A stretch of 61,854 bases of DNA, counting the filler, from Choristocarpus tenellus KU-1152 (taxonomy: Eukaryota > Protista > Phaeophyceae): the NCBI GenBank assembly GCA_964200185.2. It is 13 parts of 13 records of this genome, joined end to end, with 100 filler letters (N's around TTAATTAATTAA, not from the genome) between each part and the next. Parts side by side here need not be neighbours in the genome. Positions count along the whole stretch, not along the records: positions 15,175 to 27,105 come from CAXNAD020002062.1; positions 27,206 to 30,299 come from CAXNAD020022362.1; positions 30,400 to 34,499 come from CAXNAD020016214.1; positions 34,600 to 38,191 come from CAXNAD020019067.1; 9 more parts are not named here. The stretch is one strand, 5' to 3'. The stretch's first letter is position 1. Every line of letters starts with the position of its first letter. Shown here piece by piece: positions 24,101 through 36,243 of the stretch. Under the pieces are notes generated by a model that was not told the DNA's origin, searched no databases, and saw only the letters and a program-made list of their open reading frames with translations. A program made the position numbers and the translations under genes.

Positions 24101-27076
24101 ATCAAGCGCACCCAACTGATTTGGATGTTGTGGCACAAAACACGGAAGATACAGGGGACAGCAAATAAGAGACGGTAAAATTGAGATGTAGTCCATGCAG
24201 AAGAGGTCCCAGTTTCTTTTCAACGTCAACATAGGAGTAAAAGTATCTTAGAGGGTACGAGTTTTGCCCTATTTGTCCATTTGGGGCTTGACTTCCTGCA
24301 GATTTATTTATGTCATTTTCCTACTAGAAAATATTTCGGAGTAGGTAAAATGTATATGTTATGAAAAGGTGTGTCTGGAACAAGGATATTGACACTTCCT
24401 AACAAAACACAATAGCCAAAATTACACACAAACCGGAACATTGGATTTTGGCCACCAAATGGACGCGGCCCTACCCTCTAAGATAATTTGGCTCATATGG
24501 CAAACTTACTTTATTTGTTTCTCATTTTCCGAGTCCCTTAGCATGATCGCCATACTTCGATCTCAATATACCATGCATGGTTTGCTCCCTCACACATTCA
24601 AGGCCGGGATGTCTATCCTGCTGGGTATAGAGTTGCACTGGGAGCAATTTAACCTCCTCTTCAGCTCCCTTAGCACACACTGTAAGGAGAACTGCCTCAG
24701 TCAAGATGAATTTGTGTTGGCCTTCGGAGATGCATCAGATGTTGCTGCATGCATCTCGCAAGATGCGGATGATACTTCGTCTTCAATTTCCGGAGAATCA
24801 GAAAGGGGAACAAAGATAGATTGCTCTTCAACCCCATCAGGAGCTACGCAGGACTCTGACAACAGTGATCCCATCAGAAGCGAGCGCATGGGTTCTTTGA
24901 GTGTAAGGCAGGCAGAGTGGGAGTTAGACAGACTCAAAGAGGCCATGCTCGGGACTGGAGCTATCCTCCGAAGGCTTGGGGTCACTCTGGGTGGGGTCAT
25001 CGACAGCTTCGACAGGAACGGGTCGGGGAAGGTAGGATCCTTGGTGTGTCAAGGGTATGGACTATAGTTTTCTTTTCTAAACCTTAGAACTAAGGCCTTT
25101 AAGCTGCTGCATGATGCCCCAGGTGCTGATCAACCCTATGCAAATGTTCAATTGGCAAATTGCTTTGTTTCAAACTGTTGCTGTCAAATGCTAATCCCTG
25201 CAAAAGAGTTGATTGGTAGAGGTAACCACTGTTCAGAACAACAGAATAAAATATGCAAGCATATTGGACTTAGGAGTTCAGAATATCTTTGAAAGGGACA
25301 CACAGATTTGCTACAGTATACAATAGATGAATGGGTGGAACTTCATTGTGAAGATCTGATACAGAACTTTACCATCTTCAATTAGTCTGGGGCGAATCCA
25401 ATCCATGGTCACAGAGGTACTACACATTGCAGTACTTGAACTCTGACTAACTATTTTAAAGTACTGCAACTAACCGTTTCACTACAACTAATTGCACTCC
25501 CTCAGTTTGCACTTTTGCTTCGTGAGTGTAGGGCTTAGCCCTCCAATGAAAGACACTGAATGGGCTTGGTATAATCCCTTAGAAAGAGTTCAAACAAACA
25601 TAGAAATTTCACAAGCACCATCTATTTTCTGCAGGAAATAGCACTATGCGATCAAAGGCCTGCATGCTCCTTGGATCCTCAGGAGATAGAACACTACAAA
25701 CCATTGGACACCGACTAGTGAACCTTTATGGCCGATTGTGGGAATTTTTTTCATGCATTGAGAAAAAATAGGATGCGAAGTTTGGGGCAAGTTTCCTGTT
25801 GTTCTGTTCTTCCTCACAGCAAGGCCCGAAACATCAGACTAATGTCGTCAGAGTCCTTGCACTTGCTGTCAAAAATGAATCACAATGCAAACTTATTGTG
25901 ATAAACCATGGTGAAACCCATGTCAGCCCTGAAAGTAAATATTTGATTCAGTCTTAATACCATTGACTTGCAGGACATGAGTATGGCTACATTAGCCATC
26001 TCACTTCCAAGCAAAGTAGCAAAGTCCAATAAATGTACTAGTCAAAATGCGTTGAGTAGATGCATCGAAAGGAGGTTACTACCATAAAGCACTGTGCAAA
26101 TGCAGCACATGCACACACTGCTCTTCCTGAGCAGCAGCAGGGATAACCTGACTGACAAACACTAATGGCTGTACAACGATTGAAATGAGTAATGTCAGGT
26201 ATCCGTCTTAGAGTTTATCTCATTAGCACGAGTACTCCTCACTCATGGAAGGAGAAGGGATCGCAGGAAACCATTGACCAAGAGCATCATATTTCAGTTG
26301 TTACAATGCATGGGCGTCCATGGGGACTCTGAGGTGGATCTTAGTCAATTCATGTATGTCTTTCATTCCATCTGGACGGAGCAGCTGAGACACCTCATTG
26401 CAAGCAAGTCGCACAGGGAAGTCGCAGGTAAAGATATTGAGCGGGAGCGACAGGACCTGCAGCAGGTGAGAGTGTCAAAGATGAAAAGAACAACACCTAC
26501 ATACTCCCTTTTACGAGGTCTAGATATTGTGAGTCAGTCATGTATTGGGAAGCCGGGCATTCTCCCTTCTGCCTTTGTGCAATGCCACTCTCTTGTCTTC
26601 TCTCACAAGGCCACGTAGGGTTGGAGCAGGTTTCGACGCCCCCTTACCTCCATCTCCCATTCCTCTTTTTTCTCATGTCTACCAATACACATTTCCAGGA
26701 TCTCAGACGAAACTTTTCCCCGGACGCACGACATGCAATTGGACTTAAGGATTACCCAAACAACGCATTTCACAATGGTCCTTTGACCACCCTTCTCGCC
26801 AGAATCAGCCTGGGCACATCCAGCGTTCCTGTCCAAGCAACTGAAAAGATTGGGCTAGTTGACACCGCAAACCAAAGTCCAAGAAGCGAACAATGGAAAG
26901 AGGATATAAACAGCACAGCCTATTCCTCCAACTCAAAGGTCACAGGGTGGCCCTCACCACCGAAGGGAAGACAAAGTCACGTGGGTCGCACCCCTTTTCG
27001 GTATCCCCAACTCCAACAAGTAGTCGTCGAACCAATGCTGGAAAGACGGCAATATGGAGTGAGGGGGGATCCATAG
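15175..27076 (+). CDS. 5'-partial 14-exon gene for an EF-hand and SAM domain protein. Exons: <15175-15351, 15539-15618, 16010-16493, 16909-17013, 18145-18234, 19178-19404, 20038-20142, 20623-20713, 21179-21358, 21554-21828, 23511-23592, 24603-25031, 26199-26465, 26699-27076
   Basis: All 13 introns are GT-AG and phase-compatible. The SAM domain is rebuilt across three exons (VKMWRTEIVQQ|WLSNHIQLPQYLPQFQEASVDGLLLLELADKSLLE|EMGIPDPLHRLKISRHI). The EF-hand loop DRNGSGK|VSVLEF is rebuilt across an intron. A TACTAAC branch point precedes exon 2. Confidence 0.85.
17656..17836. mobile_element. MITE subfamily B, intronic (181 bp, TSD AGA)
   Basis: GACCCAAAGTATTTGGGG...CCCCAGATACTTTGAGCC, flanked by AGA/AGA. 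Confidence 0.92.
22771..23029 (-). mobile_element. MITE subfamily A, intronic (~260 bp, TSD TCAG)
   Basis: TIRs of the GAGTGAAAGTATCTTAGAGGG type, flanked by TCAG/TCAG. Confidence 0.9.
23092..23361. mobile_element. MITE subfamily C, intronic (270 bp, TSD TTCT)
   Basis: TIR ATAGTATCATAGAGGGG / CCCCTCTATGATACTAT, subterminal GTCCATTCGGGGC / GCCCCGAATGGAC, flanked by TTCT/TTCT. Confidence 0.85.
24235..24494 (+). mobile_element. MITE subfamily A, intronic
   Basis: Full-length homolog of 22771-23029, flanked by ATAG/ATAT. Confidence 0.9.
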
Positions 27077-27205
27077 GTATCATATGTTGAAACCTGAATC
27101 GAATGNNNNNNNNNNNNNNNNNNNNNNNNNNNNNNNNNNNNNNNNNNNNTTAATTAATTAANNNNNNNNNNNNNNNNNNNNNNNNNNNNNNNNNNNNNNN
27201 NNNNN

Positions 27206-30067
27206 AGACACAGAATATCTTGAAATCACACAATTGGCGTAGTCAGCATCAGCATAGTAAATGAGTTGGTCCCTAGGTGCATTCCCGTAAAAACTGAAAT
27301 CACCATAGGTCAATCCTCTCTTACTTGTCCTCAACAATTAAGCAATAACTCTCTCAGCCCCCTTCCAATCCGTCACTGTGGGATTCACAAACTGCATCGC
27401 TAGGCTCCATACTGCTGATGTTGCATCAGACCTTGTCATGATTGATACCCACATTTAGATACCACCAATCATAGATCTGTAGTTGTCTGGAACAGGTCCC
27501 TCCTGCTCCATTCCCTTTCTCCTTCCAATCGTCCTACTCCCTCCTTGGACTTCTGTACTCTCTCTTTTTCATCCATCTGCCCGCGGTCGAAAATGTAGTC
27601 CCAACTTAATGAGTAAGTAAACTGAATCTTTGGATGTCTGTTTTGTATGCCCATTTCTTCATCCACAGCCCCATTCCACAAAGGCCACTCTTCTGACTCC
27701 ATTGCCTCTCGCATTTTCAATTCCCGCTCAATTCCAGGTAACTCCTCCATTAGTTCGCCGGTTCAGATGTAGGGTAATTATTTGGATCTACATGTCGCAG
27801 CACTTTGTTCCTCACACTCCCCTGCTGTGACACTGGGTCCATATTATCAATGTTAGTGTTCGACCATTTATCTAACTCCCTTTTCTCCATCACCCCTATT
27901 GCATTTCCTGTTAACACAGGACTTAGCCGAGCGTTCTTAGAAGCACTTTGACTGGACTCATGCATAGTCCAACTCAGACCTGGTTTAACATCCTCAGCCA
28001 TCAAACGCCCTACCCCAAAATCCATATATAAATACTCTAATTCTGCATTCAAACTTGTTGACCCTCCTGGATCAATAACTTCCCGTGCCATCTTTGGAGT
28101 GGGTCCCTCCCCTCCAACAATCCTTCCTGGGGACTATGACATTCACTTCAACCCCCTCAGGGGGAAGCGTCCACTTCACTACAGTATCATCCACTGATGT
28201 AGTAGTGTCAAACATCGATCCTCCACTATCGACATCGCCTCCACTCCCCTCTTGAGTGAGATCGACATCTCTAGCCCCAGCATGGGTTAGGTCGATACCT
28301 CCAGTCTCACCCTGTGCGAAATCTACTCCTCTAGCCCCCTCCTGGGCGAGATCATCAGATATCACAACCTCCTCTGATGTTGCGTTCGTTCCAGTCGAGT
28401 CCACATAAGCATCTTCCCCCTTTACCGAAGCACAATTCTCCATGTCCTGTGGAATTGGATGCCTATGACCCTTGCCAAGTGTGTAACCTCGACAAGATGA
28501 CTCACATGTTCCAGTTAACAAAATGTTCTGCGCCGAAACGTCTTTCTTGTCCAACCCCTGAACATCACCTAATCGTGTGCGCAGCTCATTCGCATCCCTC
28601 GACGCAGTTTTCCGGGCCAAGTTAATTCTTGGTGTGCCTGAAACGGACGTTGCATCAGTGGTAGGGACATTATTATAATCGGAGCCATTCCTCACACGCA
28701 CTCTGCGAATCCCTAGGGAGAATAATTCCTCCTCCCCCAATGACGTGAAGTTGAGATTTCTTTCCCCGTTTTCCCTAAAAGTTGAGATTCTAGTGGAGTC
28801 GACAGACTGGAACTGTGACCATCTCGCATGCAAGCCTTGGCAGAATACAAGTTCACACTAAGATCAGGCACCACAAGTACGTTAGTAAACACCACAGTCT
28901 CCAGTTTACCACTTAGAACACATTCCAATTTGATGTGCCCCTTTCCTACAATGTCAAGTGTTCCACCACCTCCAACTGCAACTGTTCCCGCCTCCCTTGT
29001 TCTTAGAACCATTTCCCCCCATCCGATTCTGCTTCTTCTGGATGATTGAAGATTCCAGACCCCTTGATGAGTCCGGTTTTCTTTATCGACACGCGAAGCT
29101 TTGATGTACTTTTTCTCCGCAAACAAATGTAATACCCCCATCAATCGCCTTCTGTTTCTTGATTAGTGGACACTTTGATCTGAAGTAAGGTCCACCACAT
29201 TCCCAACAATTGGCTTGTCCACCAGTGCGTGCGTCTGGATTGCCGTCCAGCCACCAGTGCGCCAGCTCTCACCCCAGCCGACTCCAACCCTTTTTGGATG
29301 GTGTACAGTCTATATCTTTTAAGGACTAATTTTTCCAATTTAATCCTCCCTTCCACCGACTCCTCATTATCTATCTGGGACAGGATATCCAGATACTCCT
29401 TGCCGAGTGAATTTTGTAGCCAACCCACTCGATCTTCCTCTGTCACTGTACCTCCCAAGCTCTTCAGCTCCATTATGAGAGCCTCCTGTCGGTTGATGAT
29501 CTCAGCAGGATCTCCTCCAGGTTCCAGCACCATGTCCATCAATTGCCGTTTCACGAGATTTCTCTCTGTTTGTCCTGAATGGGCATAATTCTTCACCAGT
29601 GCAGCGAACGCCTCACTCGGTGACTCGTACGTCAGTACGATGTCCAAAGCAGGTCCCGCCATCGCCTCCTGCAGTCCAATAATCGCGTACATCATTGCAT
29701 GGTGCAGATACGGGTCCACAACCGCTGGGGAATACTCCAACGACAGTACCCTCAGATGTTCCTTAGTTACTAATGGCTCCCTCCATCCCGATGAGAGAGC
29801 GCGTATAAGAAACGTTTTGCTCCACTTCCTCCACGTCCCTGATTCCCCCTTAAACGCAGGTTGTTTTCAGGAATATCGCTTCAGTTTCGGGGCAAATACA
29901 GGTCCAGCCCCCATGGCCACCATATCTCTAGCCCCAGCCCTAACCTCGCCCCCTTGAGAAGCAGATGTCCCATCATAACTCTCACCCCCCCCTCGGGTCA
30001 TTGTCGGCTCTTCCATTACGTCATCAATGGAGTTTAGACTTGAATCGAATCTTGATCTGGGTATCAT
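27206..30067 (-). mobile_element. Internally deleted Ty1/Copia element (gag, protease, pre-integrase, RT tail)
   Basis: Gag (PAFKGESGTWRKWSKTF...EAFAALVKNY...WLQNSLGKEY); protease region (GKGHIKL...NVLVVPDLSVNLYS); pre-integrase (RLGDV...C...LGKGHR); EAM..W..AVDEEM; RT tail to RNase H start (TRSD...DWKGAERV...YADADYANC). Confidence 0.88.
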
Positions 30068-30148
30068 AGTTTATCTCAACTCCTTCCCGGTGATAGCTAA
30101 AATCCAAGTATGATAACTAGCAAGCACGCTTAAATAGTTGCTATAGCA

Positions 30149-30271
30149 TGTTAAGCTGTCCTTGACGATATGTTGTCCCACACAACAAGTTATATTATTG
30201 TTTATTAGCTTGTATCACAGTTAAGAAAAGAGTGAAATACCTTCCCTAGGTGGGGCTCACCAATCCTTACA
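30149..30271 (-). mobile_element. Candidate short 5' LTR (123 bp) of the adjacent Copia element
   Basis: The minus strand reads TGTAAG...AATAAA...CTTAACA, about 80 bp upstream of gag. There is no second copy in the window to confirm it. Confidence 0.5.
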
Positions 30272-30399
30272 TTGACCCAAAGTATCTGGGAGGGGGGGGN
30301 NNNNNNNNNNNNNNNNNNNNNNNNNNNNNNNNNNNNNNNNNNNTTAATTAATTAANNNNNNNNNNNNNNNNNNNNNNNNNNNNNNNNNNNNNNNNNNNN

Positions 30400-31090
30400 G
30401 GGGGAATCTTAGAGAGGGCGGCCACACCGTTGGGCATGTCTGCGAAGGACAGGTTCGCCGAGTTGGAGAGCATACCGGGGAGCCGGGTGTTCTGCGCCAC
30501 CAGGTGCCCAGCCACAGCGAGCATAGAGATACGCCCGTGCTTGATCTCTACGTACCGCAGACGCTCGAACCTCTCCTGGTCGGCATCGGCCAGCAGCCCA
30601 AGCGGGTCGAAGAACCCCAGAGGGGGCTGTGCGCCGATCTCAGACTCGAACGACATCTTCATGGCCGTAGATGACTTCGTGGCAGTGGCCAGGGAAGCAC
30701 CATTGAACGCACTGCAAGCGGGGAGGGGGCAGGGGGCACACGGAACCATGCAGTCGTTGCCGTTAGCTCATCATCTACAGTACACTACTAGAAACTCGGA
30801 CAATGCCTCCTCGGCGACGCGTCAAAGGTCAGCCAAGCTCAATGAGTCCACAGTCCGACAAGAAATCGAGCCCAGCACGCACTACATAGTCAGTAGATCG
30901 CACGCAGTGAGAACAGACCAATCGCGCCCGAGGAAGGAAGCAAACGCCCCCAATATGCAAGGCAAGGAGGATGCAGGATAGAACCACCGATATACCAGTC
31001 GGAAAAAAAGCAGTTCGACAAAACGAACCTGGGGGCCACGAAGGCCTGGGCACCGGCGGCGCAAGCGACAGCCATGACAGCAGACTTCAT
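30400..31090 (-). CDS. fcp: Fucoxanthin-chlorophyll a/c binding light-harvesting protein (LHCF), 3'-partial. Exons 31090-31029 and 30711-<30400
   Basis: Spliced protein MKSAVMAVACAAGAQAFVAPSAFNGASLATATKSSTAMKMSFESEIGAQPPLGFFDPLGLLADADQERFERLRYVEIKHGRISMLA. It has a bipartite targeting signal with an AQAFVAP (ASAFAP-like) motif and LHC helix 1 ExxHxR. Confidence 0.97.
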
Positions 31091-32415
31091 TTTCTTCGTG
31101 GTTGAGTTGTACGAGTAGATGAATCCGCTCTGGTGTACTGAAGTTGTGCGGTGTGTCCCACAAGACAGGGCGGATCGTTGGGACCTCCTCCTCTTTGGTC
31201 CTCCGATTTCCCATCATTGTTGCAACTTCCAACTTGCACAAGGATCTCGTGCATTCTGTTGTATTTTTTCAATTCATCATACTATTCTTCCACTACTTTC
31301 ATGTATACATACATCTGTTTCGACGTCATCCATGATGTCATTAGATCTTTGAGGCAACTTCGATTCACCATCACGATACGTACGTATCTTACATCGGAAC
31401 ATCCAAGTCTAGAATCGAACCACCATACAATATTCTTGTGCCATCGCATCGGTATCGTATCAATGTGTCCACTTCCCATGATACTCAAACATCTCATAAA
31501 TGGAGTGGTTAGGGGGTGTTCAACATCGATGACGTGAGTGCACTCGCTCAGGAATATGGTAAACATAAACGTGACCGTCTGCATCCCCCATCAGACAACA
31601 ATGACAATGAAAACTAACACCAACCTTCATTTCAGGAGGGCTACTTCTATCTGACGGACTCAAGGGAGATGAGGGATTTGGGGTTGGGGGTGAAGTTGGA
31701 AGTGGGCGAGGGATGTTTATCGATCGCACAGGGGGAAGTGTGGATTTAGGTGATATGGAGAATTGGACCAAAAAGGTCTCAATGAAATAATCAGGAACCA
31801 CCAGGTAATGTCATGAACAATAGGTCGTTATGGCAATTTCATAAACGCCATGTGACGACCTTGAAGTCCTAGATATTACATGTTTTTTCTACTTACCCAT
31901 TTTTTATTATTATTGTATCATTGTTGTGCTGCGTGGAGGTGATACGTCTCAGATAAAGTGAACATGGGACTGGTATTAGCTATTGGTGACCACTCCCCAC
32001 TCTGATTCGTCTTGTGGGAGGATATATTTTTAGCAATTGTAGGCTGTCATGTTTGGTTGCATATTCGGTGGTGTGAATGTACATCACAAGAATTTTGAAC
32101 GGTTTTAGTAGTATGTAGTAGTATTGAATAGAACTCAAAAGAATTTTCACAAGGCAAATCGAGGCAACAATGTTATTATGAGGACTTTTGCCTGCGTCCT
32201 TGGTGTTGGGTTTGGGTTATTATTACTAATAATATAGAAATGTTAACATTACATTCACCTGAGGGATCCCATACCCGTTGTCAAAAAGGGAGTCCAAAGA
32301 AGGCAACACAAACTTGTTAGGAAAGGCATTAATGCCCAAGAAAGAATAAGAGAAATATAGCAAGGAAAGAAGAGAAAATGAAGAACGGGAACAGCAGAAT
32401 AAAAACACTATTTAT

Positions 32416-33045
32416 CAGGGCTTCTCTCCATATCAGCAAAATAAAAGAGTCCCATCCATCGAACGAACCAGTCCCACTACTATTTAACATGTCCCCGTCC
32501 ACTTCCACTAGGTATTGAACCGGTTCATACCCATGTCCATGCCAGTCCCACAGTGTGTTAGCGTGTCCTGGTCCATGTCCACAGATGAACCAGTCTAGTT
32601 TTTATACTTTGCATGTCCTCCATACTATGCCCGACCATGACTTCAATATTTTCTTGCATGTCTGGACATTGTCCACTACGTGGTTCATTATGGAAATATC
32701 ACTATATGCTGTACTTGTCAGTAGTAGAAATTTAAAGTGAGGATACGATATTCAAGACTGGTAAATATGAAATAGGAGGCATGGTCATGGTGTGGCCGGT
32801 CTGAAATAAAAAATATTCGGAGGATTACCTGACAGGTCATATATAAAATGTTTCTAAAATGGTCAAGTCCATGGCCATCGCTTACTCAACATGACCAGGG
32901 CCACTGGCTGGACATGCACAACCAATCTCGAATATGGCCGAGTCCGTGGCCATTGACCGTTTCAACATGGCTGGGCCACGTACAGGCCCGCAGTCATATG
33001 GCTGATAGTAGACATGGTACCTGCCCGGCCCGATGAAAATCCCTG
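32416..33045. mobile_element. Non-autonomous hAT-like DNA transposon (630 bp)
   Basis: TIRs CAGGGCTTCTC / GAAAATCCCTG, an 8-bp TSD CTATTTAT / CTATTGAT, and decayed GGCC(C/G)G-rich subterminal repeats. Confidence 0.7.
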
Positions 33046-33199
33046 CTATTGATCACCCAAAATTAAGAAAGGAACGATGAACGAAGGATGTAAGAGAAAT
33101 TAGCCCCAAAAGGGAACATGGTGAGAAACCAGCATTCAGCAGACAGTGATGGCGATGGTGTTGGTGGCTTGGGCAACCTTAGCCGTTGCTTTAGCATGA

Positions 33200-33610
33200 T
33201 GTGCATTAGCATATCACGGCTCCCTTGGAATACTTCTCTGTCTTGAAGCTCGTTGTGCTGTCAGTTACTCATTCATACCACTTCTGTTGGTTAGTGACAG
33301 GTGTGCTCCAACCCTCAGCTGCAATCCCAAATTTGTGAAGGTCATCTTGGAGGCATATCCACCAGTTCTGCTCCTGTCCTCCTTGCTTCCGTTTTCCTGC
33401 TACAAGCTCCCCAAACATCAATACCTTAGGGAGTCGTTCATCACCCACACATACAGCTCACCCAGCAAATGGGAGTCTCTGCTTGCACATCGTTGCGCCT
33501 TGATACCCTCACACTTAGGTTTTATATGAGAGCATCTTCATAGTACAAGGCATGATCAACTCGCTCCCTTTTGCAAAACTCCATGCAGCGGCAAGGAATT
33601 TGTAGTGGTC
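33200..33610 (-). mobile_element. RTE-clade LINE 3' fragment
   Basis: Minus-strand translation GDERLPKVLMFGELVAGKRKQGGQEQNWWICLQDDLHKFGIAAEGW is the characteristic C-terminal motif of the RTE ORF. Confidence 0.8.
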
Positions 33611-33612
33611 AG

Positions 33613-34499
33613 TGTGCAATATAGACTAGTAGTCTATATGGTTTATAGTATAAAAGTGAATGAAGTAATTTAACTTGAACTTATATGTGACTGACGTAGT
33701 GTAACTGTCACAAACGTGTTTAAACATATTTCTGACGTGTTTGATGACGAATGATGAATTAGATAACAAGGGAGAGCACCACCCCCCACCTTGAGGATAG
33801 TGCTCACTCCGCTCATAAACAAATCCATACCACATAAAGCAAAATACTCTATCAGAGTAGCTTTCTTTTGCATAGGTTATGAGCCTCATTGGTATATAAG
33901 CGGACCTCCGTATGCTGCCACTATGGAGTGGAGCGTGGGGGCATACAAGGGAGAAGTAGGCAGAATGGCGGATGGCGCTGGTGAGCTATGCGGGCGGCAA
34001 GAGACTGTACTGCATCCTACAACCAGCATACCGCATTCCTGCACCTCGCACAGCTGATACATCATTCGAGGAACACTGCGGCGCGTATGGTGAATACGTC
34101 AGGCATCGCGAAGCCTTGTGGTTCCTGCTGGGACAGGCCGCGAGGGGTGCTGCAGCTTTGGTGGTCAGCTTGTATGGTCAACACGTATGAGAGGAGGCAG
34201 CCCCGACAGGAGGGCAGCCTGTCTGGAATCAGAGCAGATCTATGGGGGGCGCGCTTTGAGTCAGCGGCCCATGCAGCTCATAGCTCCAGAGATCAAATTG
34301 TGCGACATTACTGCTCGTAAGTAGAGGACACTGCAGATTTCGTCATTGGTCTCGATCATATCTGGACAGGAGTACGAGCAGCTGGAGGCAGCCAAGATCA
34401 TGCCAAGAAAGGAGCTCTGATCATTGGCATCAGGGACAGCATGCTGTAGGTATTTACGCAGATGTGTCCGCGAGGAGGACGAGAGATCCTCATGCATCT
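33613..34499 (+). mobile_element. Ty1/Copia 5' LTR (33613-33874), primer-binding site and decayed gag
   Basis: The LTR is homologous to 698-953 and is immediately followed by GGTTATGAGCC. Gag-like fragments EALWFLLGQAARGAAALVV and EQIYGGRALSQRPMQL follow. Confidence 0.82.
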
Positions 34500-36243
34500 N
34501 NNNNNNNNNNNNNNNNNNNNNNNNNNNNNNNNNNNNNNNNNNNTTAATTAATTAANNNNNNNNNNNNNNNNNNNNNNNNNNNNNNNNNNNNNNNNNNNNG
34601 GGGGGGGGGAAAAGATCAGATAGAGCCGGTGCAAGGTCCACATATACACACGGTTAACACAAAGCCCACGCAACTGACGCAGGAAAACACGAGACACACA
34701 CGATACCGCAAGACTAACAGCCCACACCAGTAACTGACACAAACACACCGTATACAAGAGAGCCAGTAACAGCAACAGAATAGAGCCAGCAAGAATCAGC
34801 ACAACCCTCATCCAAGGAGTCAGCTAAGCTATCATTTCTATTTCTATTCCTATTTCTATTTCTGCTTCTGTTTCTGTTTCAACCTTTTATTTACCCTACA
34901 ACCCCAACTATTTATTCCCCTCTTTTTTCTTTTCTTTTTTTCATTTTCTTTTGGTGGCGTAAAGAGTCGTTCCGTACAAGTGCACAACTTTCTAGAACAA
35001 AGAGGTGGCGCGCCCGTAACAGTACCTTAACATCAACTACGTTACTTCTTGCACTTCGAATCGTGCAGTATGCGAGGGCAAGCACTGATTAGAATCCCTG
35101 CAGGGGCCACTTGGTGAAATAACATACACTATGCATATGTAACATATATATATATACATACATACACACATTCCTATTTGTGTGCATCATATATATACAG
35201 ACCCAGGGTATATAGACCTGTAGGCATCCTGACATTCTTACCACGGAACTCAAGTCTGCATGACAAAATCAGAGGCTGGCAACCCAACCCACCCAGCATA
35301 ATCCATGGGCTATCTATCACTCCACCCTGTCTGCCCCAGCAGAAGCACTAGTATATCTCTGTTTGACACTGTAAACAAACTGACCTCAATTACAGATTGC
35401 TCACACTACAGCTCCAAGTTGACCTGGGATGCCTGAGAGCAAAGGCCCTGCTTGGACAATTTATATCCTGCGCCATAGACAGGTGTCTCCACTACTGCGG
35501 TTGGACTACTGCACTGTACCCTACTGTACTGGAAGTCAGTTATTCTTTATTTTCCTTGCTAGGGTTAGGGTACGTTGAAAAAGAAGCCCCTCCCACAAAC
35601 TGTCACATATTGAATCTAGTATTCAGCGAAAGTAAGTTCAAGGGTGTTGCATAACATCATCTGGCAGTTTGAGCACAAAAAAAAAGTTCTAGTAGATCGA
35701 TTGCATTAAATTTCAACATGCTTGGGCCTGTGGTCAGAAAGGCAAAATATAAAAATAGAACAGATAAAAAGTGTACACTGACGCTGAAAAGAAGCAAGGA
35801 CAAAAAACATATAAAAAAAAGTACATACATACCCATGTGTACATCCCATGTATGCAATACTCGAATATATGCATGATCCTCCCATTAGACTAAACATACA
35901 TAAAAACATCCATTAAAAACTCAAAGAAACACTTGCAACATAACCAAAAAAGTTGTAAGAAAAAAAGAGCAAGGTATACCCTCCCATATACACGTACACG
36001 CATCAAATCTGGCTATATAAACATTTACAACGGCGCAACACAAAAACCGCCTTCAGAAACAGAAGGGTTACCAACACCTTACAGGCGTTTACACATACCA
36101 TACACGAAAATATGTCACGCATACTTGGGTTTTCATACAACACGCATGGCGTATGTCATAACCACTTCTTGAAACTAATCTATCTTGCCGCCGAAAAACA
36201 GGAGTAGAAAAGTTAATATTAAAAGTAGCCAGTCCATTCTCAC

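Noticed and set aside
15175-27076. Calling the EF/SAM gene STIM
   Set aside because: There is no transmembrane segment after SAM, the EF-SAM linker is long, and extra C-terminal EF-hands are present.
30430-30981. 183-aa plus-strand ORF
   Set aside because: It is the antisense shadow of the GC-rich FCP exon and intron.
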